Positions 16,801 to 26,010 of a stretch of 64,000 nucleotides of DNA are shown one piece after another (within the stretch, counting starts at the first letter, position 1; each line of letters starts with the position of its first letter). Source of the DNA: a virus; IMG/VR virus record IMGVR_UViG_3300047198_000026, positions 38,593-102,592 of that record, one strand, 5' to 3'. Position numbers and translations under genes: made by a program. The notes below the pieces were generated by a model. The model worked only from the letters and a program-made list of their open reading frames with translations, had not been told where the DNA came from and searched no databases.

Positions 16801-18724
16801 TATGCAGACCAAGAAAGAGTACAAATTCCTAACTGATTCAGAAAAGACACTTCTTAATCAGAATATATTTAGGAAGGCAGGCTTCTGGACTTATGATATG
16901 ACTCCTAAGGATATTAAGCAGTTCTTTCCCAAAAAGGTTTTTATAGGCCATGAAATTGAGAGGAAGCCCGGGGTTAAGATGCCCCTGATCGATCCTGAGG
17001 AAGCCGTAAAACAATACTTGACCACAATGAGGTATAAGTCTGCTAATGACTGGTTTTTGAAGAATATCCATGATGTTTACGACAATATGCCTGAGAAGAG
17101 TGTGCCAGGTACGCCAGGATGGCAGGCTGACCAATATGTAAACTCTATGCTTTATGGTAGAGATATGTTTGAGTCTACTGCCAAGAGAATGCTGGAACCA
17201 GTAAATAGACTATTAGGAACCCACCTAGGAGATACAAATCTTATTCAGAAGTCGATATCTTTTACCCGAGGTAGAGTGGTGGCAGGTGTCTTAGGACCTC
17301 AGTCAGCTATGAACCACGTTATCAACTTAATGAATACTTGGGCTGAGTTTGGAACAGGCCCTGTGGTGAAAGCTCTTAAGATGAAGATTACTGGTGAATG
17401 GAAGAGTATTCCTGGTATGACTGAAGCGTGGGATCTTGGAAAGATTGGTGGAGGGTTCTTAGAGCAGGAAGGCTTAAGATTAGATCAGGTTAAAGTTCGT
17501 ATGCCCGATGGGTCAATTGTCAGTGGGAAAGATCTTGGATTAGGTAGGGGAAATGTAACCAGAGCCCTTGACACTATGACCAATTTGGCCCTAAGCCCAT
17601 TGCATGCCATTGTAAACTTCAATAGAGGAGTGGCCTTCTTGGCCTCTTTAGAATCTCAGGCTAAAGCAGGAGTACCTTTTAGAGAAGGGTTGCGTTATGG
17701 ATTGGCAGACAATGTAAGATTAACCCCTGATAGGGAAGTTCCATTTAATGTATACAGGGCCTGGATGGATGTTGGCAAAACTCAATTCCACTTTGGAAAG
17801 GATTTTCAGGCCCCTATCTATAATAACAACCTGGCCAGAATGAGCACGTTCTTCTGGACGTATCCAACCAGGATGGCCCAGTTCTTTTCAAGAGGAATTA
17901 GAGAGGCAGGTTTAATGGGAGACGAGGCCAAATTCTTTAGGTATGTAACCCAATTAGGAATGCAATTATCTTTACTACCATTAGCCATGGGGGCAGCTGG
18001 AATGACAGTAGGACACGTTCTAGGACCAGCTGGAATAGTTCCCTTCAAGCTTGTATCTTATCCCTGGGAAGTCTTAAAGAATGTGTACAATACAACTATG
18101 GGTAATGCTACAGATAAAAGGAAAGCCTGGGATGATCTAAAGGATGAGGCAATGATCTTTGCTATTCCTGGATATGCGGGATGGTTTAAGAGAGCCCAGA
18201 GAGCCATTGATTCGGCCACTGCAGGAGTAAAAGAAACCAAAGGTGGATTTGCAGTTGAGGAAACCAATGGTTGGAGGGAGTTTATGGGATTTCTTGGTCT
18301 TCCCTCAACAAGGGGAGCAAAGGCCTATGAATTGACAAAACAGATGAGAATCGATTCCGAAGAGTATCAAGTGCAGAAGTCTAAGTTTACTGAACAGGGA
18401 ATCCAAGCGATTAATGCAGGTAGTACTGAGAAATTTATGAAGGCTGTTAAGGATGGACAGGATGCGGGGATAGATATTAGCCCCAAGTCCATTATGCAGG
18501 CAAAGACTGACAGGATGAAGTACTCCTACCTAGAAAAGACTATTCAGAGATTGCCCAAGAAACTCCGTCCGATGTACATGGAAAAACTGAAGGCCTTGCA
18601 GGCAGAAGAGCCGGCCTTGGCCATTAGCCCGAGGGCCAAGATGATAGCTGGCAGTAGGCCATTATGGAGCCATGCTCCTATTGAAAATACGATGAATATT
18701 CTAGACCAAATGGGGAATGATTAA
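13844..18724 (+). CDS. Large internal virion/DNA ejection protein (1626 aa)
   Basis: Gly/Ala-rich hydrophobic N-terminal segment, charged middle, helical C-terminal part; size and synteny fit. Confidence 0.6.
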   Translation: MLSINSFDQASVAEPSSRWGAQGPAIQAVEPGYAEYGWAKMRETLSKRLGTLDYYADKISSGLGISKPEVFERWSQSLKPEDMKLDTQSFVKKLIGAAAGAAVDLPVYAGASALGSLALGPIAGPAAAFGAIGAAEGAPEGGLKGALTQGALGAGTGAGFGLMGKLGLGRLGRSLGTGSLFAGGDIAGKAVTGQPQSFEDVAQSGILGLGMGAMGRGKPREVARPGEALPRPGPGIPDERAGTAPGMGLLPEEAPRGLGPRAGAPGTPNLLDILGRSQQEAPIDLQTAMGLRPGTADILGLTGQGQVPSVIPKGMKYDKGTIIKEAKLRNRATSDQVKDLVRFGVEEEDAKTLTTREAAQIIKSSRKSSIMKTAKGLDVFDKMAEEPKTEGRWEKPSAYGFDADTAIKEGMDKRVDGDTLWARSQWTKWQRLDNRFEAIKNKKRVSDRMEKADLVTKMSEIKHQLEGYAGFEKEAEGFSGETRLMKKEVTKLLSEVEKELRPQGPKILAPIRKAILDRGFTEEDVALAKRTARDKIIQNKGVTNLTHRISPEGKLEALSAEERGKITSVEAPKEPPAKVFERLPGESDKDAAARFEKEFGAEVVEKEPREPTVVSEEVPVPSTELDAEKVLLESVKRRAMYDKLPKRTKQQFDALLLQNAKKIEPTITKVGQAWELADKLSESKGRAFEGEVTEKTVAAEAGKARKEPKIVEPDEEQTKVGMARTAIERNVAERESIEYAQKPRQTRKESQDTIASRGRSAADPIEATTDLTPKTHTGEWLKRWTDWYYRTFRNEDPDQLRERFNIAYRTQLETRMPAMMAYPGGPGKLIPLSDFMGQMMNSQDPNLKMIGEMGARKHVMAKDNLVKDQETVVTMEAIKKRALGRMTQEEWTKKLWDLEKTFKTDDPDVGAWRDVVKAREEYYAELRGMKARGIYRLDYIIPHKIDMSEAYLRFRQSVLGAKEYEKLPKDVKEFASEQEIGLVKSIMQTKKEYKFLTDSEKTLLNQNIFRKAGFWTYDMTPKDIKQFFPKKVFIGHEIERKPGVKMPLIDPEEAVKQYLTTMRYKSANDWFLKNIHDVYDNMPEKSVPGTPGWQADQYVNSMLYGRDMFESTAKRMLEPVNRLLGTHLGDTNLIQKSISFTRGRVVAGVLGPQSAMNHVINLMNTWAEFGTGPVVKALKMKITGEWKSIPGMTEAWDLGKIGGGFLEQEGLRLDQVKVRMPDGSIVSGKDLGLGRGNVTRALDTMTNLALSPLHAIVNFNRGVAFLASLESQAKAGVPFREGLRYGLADNVRLTPDREVPFNVYRAWMDVGKTQFHFGKDFQAPIYNNNLARMSTFFWTYPTRMAQFFSRGIREAGLMGDEAKFFRYVTQLGMQLSLLPLAMGAAGMTVGHVLGPAGIVPFKLVSYPWEVLKNVYNTTMGNATDKRKAWDDLKDEAMIFAIPGYAGWFKRAQRAIDSATAGVKETKGGFAVEETNGWREFMGFLGLPSTRGAKAYELTKQMRIDSEEYQVQKSKFTEQGIQAINAGSTEKFMKAVKDGQDAGIDISPKSIMQAKTDRMKYSYLEKTIQRLPKKLRPMYMEKLKALQAEEPALAISPRAKMIAGSRPLWSHAPIENTMNILDQMGND

Positions 18725-18726
18725 TA

Positions 18727-20367
18727 GTGGCCTATAGTGGAAATACCCTTTCCGATTGGCTGAGTAAACCCACCGGACCAACGGCAGAGGAGTATATTGG
18801 TATGAATTTGAATCCGAATACCTTTACTCCCTTGTATCCAAGTTCTGGGGGCAATCTGAACTCACTTATACAGAATCCAGCTGGCCTTTCTCCATTGAAT
18901 CAGAATACCCAAACGACACAGGGGTATAATCCTCAACCAACCAGCATGTCTCAGAATACATTGACTCCCTCTAAAACTCCCACTCCTACTAGTCAATCTG
19001 GGGGAGGAACTGATTGGACATCTATTCTAGGAGCTCTTGGAGGGGTAGGTGGCCAAGCTCTTTTAAACACATATGGAGGAGATCTAAGAAATCTATTGGG
19101 GTTGAGTAACACTTTAGACATGAGCCAGTACTCAGGGGGTAATTTTGGTTCACCCCTTGCTGGTGGACAGTTGGGTAGTGTTGGAGGTATGGATGTTGGA
19201 AGTATAGCAGGCCTCCTAAAGGGGGTTCTAGGTGGTGTTTTGGGTGGCGGGGGTCCAGACGCCTTTCCAACAGGCCAATTGTTAAGTGCCATTCTACCAA
19301 GCCCCATGAGCCTCTTTAATATTGTTCCAACGGGCCAGGGAAGTCCAAGCGACGCACCTTCTTGGTTTAACTATACAATAGGTGCAATACCATTCATAGG
19401 TGATATTTTAGGTAATCTAATATTTGGAGGAGCAGAACCTGATCCATTGCCACAAGACGTACAATCAAGTTTAAGTATGGATGCTGTACGCCAGAGAATT
19501 CAAGAACAACTTGTGTCAAAGTATGGAAGCACAATACAATTTAGCCCTGAGGAGATCTCTCAATACTATCTTACCCCAGAAGGGGGAGGAAGAAATGCAG
19601 GATGGACATGGGCAGATGTTGCTAATCCACTTTTGACTTCTCCTGCTGGTGCTATTAGTAATTGGGATATGAGAAAATTACCTGCGACATATACTCAAGC
19701 CCAAATGGATCTTGCTTCATATAGTCCACCGTTTTATGACTCAGAATATGGATGGGGGACTGCTGGAGGAAAAGGTTGGCTTCCGGAAATACAGAATATG
19801 ATAGATCAAAAATTGGCAGAAGCTGGTGGAATCCCTAAATATCTTGACCAAGTAACAGGTAAAGAAGATTATAATGCAGCTATCCAAGCGGAGGCGGCTA
19901 AATATGGAGTAGATTTAACTAAACCCCTTACATCCCCAACCATGTCCTATGCTCCAGATCCCTTTTCTGGATCTTCTATGGAGGTACCTGGAGAAGTGTA
20001 TACCCCAGAAGTACAAAAACTATTGGATGCTGTCTTTGGACAATATTCTAATTACTATAAACCTCCTGGAGCTCTCCCATATGAGACCTCTAGGGATGAT
20101 GCCACGGGGTGGGATTGGGTTGGAGATATTGTAGGAGGTCCATCCTATCAAGATCCTAATGTACCATGGTGGCAGAATCCTCCTATAACTCCATTTATGA
20201 CAATGACAGGGCAAGATTATAAACTGGATCCCACAGAGCTAAATGCTACATCGGTTGGAGGATACTGGTCATTTATGACTCCGCAAGAGAAGGCTTGGTA
20301 TGTCAATCAATACCTGCCTATAATGCAGGCCAAAGCTCTAGGACCAGATTATGGAAACGCACAATAA
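18727..20367 (+). CDS. Putative virion/ejection protein
   Basis: Gly-rich amphipathic segments; follows the large ejection gene. Confidence 0.45.
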   Translation: MAYSGNTLSDWLSKPTGPTAEEYIGMNLNPNTFTPLYPSSGGNLNSLIQNPAGLSPLNQNTQTTQGYNPQPTSMSQNTLTPSKTPTPTSQSGGGTDWTSILGALGGVGGQALLNTYGGDLRNLLGLSNTLDMSQYSGGNFGSPLAGGQLGSVGGMDVGSIAGLLKGVLGGVLGGGGPDAFPTGQLLSAILPSPMSLFNIVPTGQGSPSDAPSWFNYTIGAIPFIGDILGNLIFGGAEPDPLPQDVQSSLSMDAVRQRIQEQLVSKYGSTIQFSPEEISQYYLTPEGGGRNAGWTWADVANPLLTSPAGAISNWDMRKLPATYTQAQMDLASYSPPFYDSEYGWGTAGGKGWLPEIQNMIDQKLAEAGGIPKYLDQVTGKEDYNAAIQAEAAKYGVDLTKPLTSPTMSYAPDPFSGSSMEVPGEVYTPEVQKLLDAVFGQYSNYYKPPGALPYETSRDDATGWDWVGDIVGGPSYQDPNVPWWQNPPITPFMTMTGQDYKLDPTELNATSVGGYWSFMTPQEKAWYVNQYLPIMQAKALGPDYGNAQ

Positions 20368-20378
20368 GGAGAAAGAAC

Positions 20379-20687
20379 ATGCCAACTTGGCTATGGATTA
20401 TAATTGTTAATGGGGTTATCTTGGCCTTAATTGGCTATATCTGGAATAATATGGAGGGCAGAGTGAAGACTATGGAACGAGATGAGAAGGCGTATACAGA
20501 CAAACTAATTGACCATCCCCTTCTAACCGCAGATATACATGAGAAAATCTGTGATAAAAGAACAGAGGCTATCAAAATGATTGTGGAAGACTCAGAAAAG
20601 AGGACGGGTCTCTTAATAGAGAATGCTATTCTTAGAGCCTTTAAGAATGGGAAGAATGGAAAGAAAAGTAGGAAAGTGAAAAGGTGA
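20379..20687 (+). CDS. Small membrane protein (single N-terminal TM helix)
   Basis: MPTWLWIIIVNGVILALIGYIW; AGGAG RBS before the ATG at 20379. Confidence 0.6.
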   Translation: MPTWLWIIIVNGVILALIGYIWNNMEGRVKTMERDEKAYTDKLIDHPLLTADIHEKICDKRTEAIKMIVEDSEKRTGLLIENAILRAFKNGKNGKKSRKVKR

Positions 20688-20798
20688 CAGCTGGTAGGAA
20701 AACGAGGAGTTTAAAAAAGCCGGGATTAAAGTACCCCAGGTCGAGAAATTCACGAATTTTCAAACTGTAGCCGAGTAAATAAAGGAGGGCACCCCCAT

Positions 20799-21008
20799 AT
20801 GACCGATATGAAACTTACCGAAGAGGAGACAAAGATAACTCAAAAAGCCTTTGGAGTTTCCTTGGCCAATGAACGATTCAATAGATATGAACTCTATAGG
20901 GGGAAAGAAAACTTTAATGAGGCCGGATCCAAGAAGCGATTTGATATATTGAAAACGGTTATCAAAGACCTAAAAAACTACTGTGTAAACTGTGGGAGTG
21001 ACAATTGA
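20799..21008 (+). CDS. Hypothetical protein
   Basis: AAGGAGG RBS; 69 aa ORF. Confidence 0.55.
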   Translation: MTDMKLTEEETKITQKAFGVSLANERFNRYELYRGKENFNEAGSKKRFDILKTVIKDLKNYCVNCGSDN

Positions 21009-21213
21009 TCACGATTTTAAGGAGGAGGAAGAAATGAGCGTATTAGAAGAGAAGATTAAGAGGATGAATGCCCTAGTGGAGTCTGATGCCAAAAAGATAT
21101 TGGCAGAATTGCAATCACCTGATGTTGAGACAGCACCAGATCACGAGGCCACAGATCGCGAGGGAAGCAAAGAGGCCCTCTTGAATACTGCCCACGGGGC
21201 AGGGGAAAGATAA
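20992..21213 (+). CDS. Hypothetical acidic protein
   Basis: ORF with an internal GGAGG RBS before MSVLEEK, so the true start may be internal. Confidence 0.5.
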   Translation: MGVTIDHDFKEEEEMSVLEEKIKRMNALVESDAKKILAELQSPDVETAPDHEATDREGSKEALLNTAHGAGER

Positions 21214-21244
21214 ACAAAAAACTGTTGGTTAAGGAGGTAGAAAT

Positions 21245-21601
21245 TTGATATGCCCTAACCTACACCGCCAAAGATGCGCGATTGAGTTTTTGACTGCTTT
21301 AAATTTAGACAATTTTGACTATGCCAAAGAGGTTTTGGAAAACTTTCTATATGACCTTTCGGGGTCATTGGGAATGACAATTTTTATGGGACCCTTCGTA
21401 GGAAATGATGAAGATGAGGCTACAGGAGAAACAGGACCCTCGGCTTTTATCGGATGGACTACCAGCGGGTGCCAAGTACATGTTTGGCCTAGGTCAAAGT
21501 TCATTTCGATTGACGTTTATTCCTGCAAACCTTACTCTGTATCTACAATCCTAGACTCTATAGACCAATGGCTTCAACCAACCCAACTGGAGGTCCTCTA
21601 A
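21245..21601 (+). CDS. speD: S-adenosylmethionine decarboxylase-like proenzyme
   Basis: WTTSGCQVHVWPRSKFISIDVYSCK resembles the class I AdoMetDC ESH.SIHTWPE...DVFTC motif. Confidence 0.65.
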   Translation: MICPNLHRQRCAIEFLTALNLDNFDYAKEVLENFLYDLSGSLGMTIFMGPFVGNDEDEATGETGPSAFIGWTTSGCQVHVWPRSKFISIDVYSCKPYSVSTILDSIDQWLQPTQLEVL

Positions 21602-22002
21602 TGAAAAAGTTATTCTCAATTCTATTGGCGATTTTCATCCTAGCCTTGGCTCCTTTGGCCATGGCTGCTCCCTCAAAGTCTTTTACACAAGCCAAGGAGA
21701 TAGCCCTAAAAGGACAAAAAGACATCCAAGGAGACTTTTCAGTTACCACTAAGGTAACCAAGGATGGCAAAATGTATACCTTTTATATCGCCTATTTACC
21801 AATTGATAAGTTGATTGGGGGCATGGTTTCTAGTGGAAATAGGAAGTTGGCCGTGGTTTACAACGAAGAGGCGGACAAATACTTTGCGGCTTTATTTGAG
21901 AATATGGAAATTATGGATCAGCAGGAATTAACAGCTGACCAAGCAGATAAATTTATGGAGGAAATTCTGAAGAATATTCAGAAAAGCGGGATACCTGTAT
22001 GA
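21601..22002 (+). CDS. Exported protein with signal peptide
   Basis: MKKLFSILLAIFILALAPLAMA signal; TAATG overlap. Confidence 0.7.
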   Translation: MKKLFSILLAIFILALAPLAMAAPSKSFTQAKEIALKGQKDIQGDFSVTTKVTKDGKMYTFYIAYLPIDKLIGGMVSSGNRKLAVVYNEEADKYFAALFENMEIMDQQELTADQADKFMEEILKNIQKSGIPV

Positions 22003-22538
22003 AAAAACTTTATATGCTACTGACCCTAATTATGGCCTTTTTCCTCCTGACCCCTATAGCAATTGCCCAAGGGCCAATTAAGTCATTTGACCAGGCTAAG
22101 GATTCGTGTATAAGGGAAGGGGTAGAGGCTGTTGAAGTAATTCAAACCCGGGATCCTGGTGGAAACATAGTTACACTGTCATTTCCCTATAAGGTTATTA
22201 AGAAAGCTGGAATAGGAGTATGGGGATTTTGGACCTTTTACACCTTAAAATACTATCCCTCAGTAGATTCAGTTGTAATCCTAATTTATAAACCTGAGTT
22301 TGGGTCTGTTATCATTCTTCGACGGGATTACGGTTTATACTGGGGTATTTTAGAACAGGAGCATGGCTTGATTGTTTGGGAGTTATATGACCTCTCTAAA
22401 GAAGCTTCTGATGGAATGGTTTGTGTGCTTCTAAAACCCATGGATAGGCTTGTAAACAATCCAAATTGGGAGTTTACTCCCACAGAAGAAATGAGACCAG
22501 ATCTTTGTTGGAAAGTAGAAGGAAAAATAAAAAAATAA
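21999..22538 (+). CDS. Exported protein with signal peptide, distant paralog of previous gene
   Basis: MKKLYMLLTLIMAFFLLTPIAIA signal; P.KSF.QAK shared with 21601..22002. Confidence 0.7.
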   Translation: MKKLYMLLTLIMAFFLLTPIAIAQGPIKSFDQAKDSCIREGVEAVEVIQTRDPGGNIVTLSFPYKVIKKAGIGVWGFWTFYTLKYYPSVDSVVILIYKPEFGSVIILRRDYGLYWGILEQEHGLIVWELYDLSKEASDGMVCVLLKPMDRLVNNPNWEFTPTEEMRPDLCWKVEGKIKK

Positions 22539-22552
22539 GGGGGTGAAATAAT

Positions 22553-23959
22553 ATGACTAGAAGAATCGTAGAAAGATTAATTGTTGGTGATACTGAACCG
22601 GCAAGTGGACAGTTACATGTAAGTCCAACTACTCCTGATAGCAGAGGATTGGTTTTAACGGGAACCCGAAAGGGAACTCAGACAGCCAACGTATTTGAGT
22701 GGTATGATACGTCGGATGCTTTAAAGGGCTATGTGAACGCAGCAGGTATGTTATCGGCTGCAGTCTTTGAAGTGTCAATTTTGACGTCGGCTGCCACACT
22801 ATCAGCTACCTCTGTATATGCTGGAGACATGAATACGTCAACCTTTTCAGGGGGTACTTGTAGAACTACAAACTTGTCAGCTACAACCCTGTCAGCAGGT
22901 AGTATCTATGCAGGCGCCATGAATACGTCAACCTTGTCAGCTACAACGGCATCAGCTACAACCCAATATGCTACTACTATGTCAGCTAATTCGCTGTATG
23001 TAGGAACATGGTGGAACGTAGTGACCTTGTCAGCTACAACCCTGTCAGCAACTAATGCCTATGCAGGTGCAATGTATACGTCAACCTTCTCAGGTACAAG
23101 TGTGTCTGGGGATAGGATGTTTAGTCCTAGCATGTCAGGTGGATCTATATATGCAGGTGCAATGTATACAGGAACCCTGTCAGGTGTTAGCGTGTCAGCT
23201 ACAACCCTGTCAGCAGGAAACGCTTATGCAGGATCCATGTCTACATCAGTCTTGTCAGCTACCACAGGGTCAGCAGACTCTATGTATGTTGGCGAACTGT
23301 ACACTAAAAACTTGTCAGCATCAGGTATCATCAAAGCAGCATCCTTGTCTGCTACCAGTATGACAGCTACAACCATATCAGCTACCAATTTGACGACAAC
23401 TGGGTTGTCAGCTATCGGTACATTCTATACGGCCACAATGTCGGCTGTAGGAGTGTCAGCTGGCAGTATGACAGCTAGTACTATCCAAGTGGCAAACTTG
23501 GTGGGTACAGTCAAGTTGTCTGCAACAGCTATAGATGTTGCCAAGGCAGGCGGAAGAACGGAAGTCTCTATCGATACTATCGGCACAACGGATGCCACTA
23601 AAACTACACTTGGAAGTTGGGCCTTCGCTGCTGGTGAAACGCAAGTGTTTGATAGTATGGTCTTAGCTAGATGTACTGTAGGAGATGTAGGTTCTGCAGG
23701 TGCTTGGAACTTCAAAGCAGCCTTTACAACTGATGCAGTTACCTTAAGTGCCGTCTTACTAACCGGAAACACGTTTAGTGGAGGCGCAGTCGGAGTAGAA
23801 GCAATTGGGTCTACTGTTTTAACCTGGAGTCCCAGTCTAGGAGTAAAAGCTCCTCCTGGAGCAGGTGCAGGAAACACAGTTCTACTTACCGTAATAGGCT
23901 CTGCAGGAGATACAATTTCCTGGACAGCCCACACGACCAGATTTGTATTAGCAACATAA
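22553..23959 (+). CDS. Ser/Thr-rich fibre-like virion protein with 5-residue periodic repeats
   Basis: TLSAT/SIYAG/AMNTS pentads over ~220 aa; DNA repeat tgtcagctacaac. Confidence 0.6.
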   Translation: MTRRIVERLIVGDTEPASGQLHVSPTTPDSRGLVLTGTRKGTQTANVFEWYDTSDALKGYVNAAGMLSAAVFEVSILTSAATLSATSVYAGDMNTSTFSGGTCRTTNLSATTLSAGSIYAGAMNTSTLSATTASATTQYATTMSANSLYVGTWWNVVTLSATTLSATNAYAGAMYTSTFSGTSVSGDRMFSPSMSGGSIYAGAMYTGTLSGVSVSATTLSAGNAYAGSMSTSVLSATTGSADSMYVGELYTKNLSASGIIKAASLSATSMTATTISATNLTTTGLSAIGTFYTATMSAVGVSAGSMTASTIQVANLVGTVKLSATAIDVAKAGGRTEVSIDTIGTTDATKTTLGSWAFAAGETQVFDSMVLARCTVGDVGSAGAWNFKAAFTTDAVTLSAVLLTGNTFSGGAVGVEAIGSTVLTWSPSLGVKAPPGAGAGNTVLLTVIGSAGDTISWTAHTTRFVLAT

Positions 23960-23987
23960 GATAGCCAGATGACCTCTGGCTATCTTA
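23957..23987. terminator. Perfect 13-bp inverted repeat (terminator or RNA stability hairpin)
   Basis: TAAGATAGCCAGA-tgacc-TCTGGCTATCTTA at the stop of the fibre gene; lacks a long U-tract. Confidence 0.45.
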
Positions 23988-24050
23988 CTCTCATATGAGA
24001 CAAAATACCTACACTTATTGATAAGTGCAGGACTATGGAGGTGATGAATT

Positions 24051-24437
24051 ATGGGAACCGGAACGTATACATCAATGGGAAGTGGTGGTGGCATTCGCCC
24101 CATGAGGATGATAGGAGGCTACGATCTTAAGATCGCAATAGGTAGTTTTACCTTTTCAAGCACCTATGCCTCAGGGGGAGAATCACTACCAGCAACCAGC
24201 ATGGGATTACAGAAGGTGATGTCCTGTGTCTTCTCTCCCTCTCTTTCAGCTGTTCATGCGTTGAACGCAAACAAGGCCCTTTTCGCTTGTTATGACTACA
24301 CAAATGAAAAGGTTATAGCCTTAGGAGCGTCAGCACAGGCAGCAGCCGATGGGTCGGGAGCTGGTGGAATGTCCGAAGTGGCCGTTCCAACAGACCTTTC
24401 AGGCTTTACCGTTAGGTTCATAGCCATCGGTTATTAA
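24051..24437 (+). CDS. Putative small virion structural (decoration-like) protein
   Basis: GGAGGTG RBS; small beta-rich protein with YASGGE.L and a C-terminal RFIAIGY strand. Confidence 0.45.
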   Translation: MGTGTYTSMGSGGGIRPMRMIGGYDLKIAIGSFTFSSTYASGGESLPATSMGLQKVMSCVFSPSLSAVHALNANKALFACYDYTNEKVIALGASAQAAADGSGAGGMSEVAVPTDLSGFTVRFIAIGY

Positions 24438-24516
24438 CCCGCCGTCAGCCTAGAACATTTTAGGCACATCTTGGCATTAATCTACAACAAGTGCCAAAAC
24501 CCACAAAAACACAGAC

Positions 24517-24544
24517 GCCACCTTGGGCGCCAGTCCGAGGTGGC
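24517..24544. terminator. GC-rich hairpin before the glycosylation cluster
   Basis: GCCACCTTGG-gcgccagt-CCGAGGTGGC, a 10-bp stem with one G-U pair. Confidence 0.35.
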
Positions 24545-24565
24545 AAATGTGTATAGGAGTGTGGT

Positions 24566-25600
24566 ATGAATGATGACAAGAAACTTCGAATTAAGTTCAT
24601 TGCCGGAGACGTCAGTGGACCCGCCTACCACGATATTTTCATTCCTTCCAAATATTTTGAGCAGTATAACCTGCTCTCAATCGACAATAGCCCAACCATA
24701 AGTGATAGTAATGTCAATGACATAGACATCATAGTCTTCCAGAGGCAATACCATCCTGAATCGGTGTTTATGATCAAGCAGTTAAAGGCTAGGGGTAGAA
24801 CCACTATCTTTATCTGTGATGACGATGTTTGGGCCCTACCTAAGGTAAATCCTGCCTATAGCACCTATAAAGGACTAGTCCTCGATCGATACCAATTGAT
24901 TATGGGACTTTGTGATCAGGTCACAACCTCTACAGAATGGTTGCGCAAAAAGTGCCTCCAATTCAACCCCAATGTTTATGTCCAACGAAACCTGGTAGAA
25001 CCAACTATTACTGACTTTTTGACCCCGGGAAGAGACAATCCCGAGGAGGTCAGAATCCTTTGGACTACTACCCCCCACCATGCTGCCGATGCTATAATTG
25101 TCGGACCTGCCTTAAGAACACTCTGCAAAAAGTATAAAAACTTAAAAATCATCTTCTTTGGTTGGCATCCCCCAAAGACCTATGACTGGATTCCAAGTGA
25201 CCAATATGAGCACTACGCCTTTGTCAATGTGGACGCCTTCTATAATAGTGTGGCAAACTTGGATGGAGACATCGGAATTATACCCTTGGAGGATAACGAC
25301 TTTAATAGGGGCAAGACCTGTAGGAAATTCCAAGAATATTCAATTCTTAAGATACCATCTATGGCCTCTCCTGTGGGAAACTATGTGGATATTCCAAACG
25401 ATGTGATTATCAGAGCTTGGAAGAATCAGTGGACAAGTTGGATTGATCAGCTGTCCATTCTCATTGAGAATCCTGACAAGAGGCAAGCATTGGCCCAAAG
25501 AGCTTTTACGTACGTCCTTGAAAATCATGACATCAATCTCCACATTTTTGAGAGAGCTGAAAATTATAAATCTGTTTGGAGGAGGGTGAACGGAAAATGA
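24566..25600 (+). CDS. Glycosyltransferase (GT-B, GT4-like)
   Basis: IIVFQR, ICDDDVW, DIGIIPLEDNDFNRGK..KFQEYS..KIP..ASPV. Confidence 0.85.
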   Translation: MNDDKKLRIKFIAGDVSGPAYHDIFIPSKYFEQYNLLSIDNSPTISDSNVNDIDIIVFQRQYHPESVFMIKQLKARGRTTIFICDDDVWALPKVNPAYSTYKGLVLDRYQLIMGLCDQVTTSTEWLRKKCLQFNPNVYVQRNLVEPTITDFLTPGRDNPEEVRILWTTTPHHAADAIIVGPALRTLCKKYKNLKIIFFGWHPPKTYDWIPSDQYEHYAFVNVDAFYNSVANLDGDIGIIPLEDNDFNRGKTCRKFQEYSILKIPSMASPVGNYVDIPNDVIIRAWKNQWTSWIDQLSILIENPDKRQALAQRAFTYVLENHDINLHIFERAENYKSVWRRVNGK

Positions 25601-26010
25601 GTTGCGAGTTATGTTTGGGTAGGCGGGGAGAAGCACTTAAAATTGTAGGTCACCACCTATCATATAATCCGGAAGTTCTCATGTACCTTTGTACTAAATG
25701 CCATAACTTAATGCATCTATATTCCGAAAGTCCCATGGAAGAATTGAATAAAGTTCAGGAAGTGTGCAAGCAGTATGGTGCTAATTGGACTAACGGAACG
25801 GATAAATACCTTAATTCAGAATCATATAAGGAGAAGCGTAGAGTTAGTGGGCGAAAATGGAGGACGGATAATTTAGAGAAATCGAGACAACTACAGAGAG
25901 ACTGGTATCATAGAGTAAGAAAATTTAATCCTGAGCATAAAATAAAGAGGAAGGAATGGGATTCCAAACGGAGAAAGGTAAATGGGAAAGAAATACAAGA
26001 AGGGACATAA
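25597..26010 (+). mobile_element. HNH-like homing endonuclease
   Basis: CELC...GHHLSY...LCTKCHNLMH followed by a basic helical tail; inserted between two GT genes. Confidence 0.65.

Noticed and set aside
20698-20778. Startless frame ENEEFKKAGIKVPQVEKFTNFQTVAE* as a gene remnant or ncRNA
   Set aside because: No matching paralog was seen in the window and no clear structure; it cannot be supported without a search.
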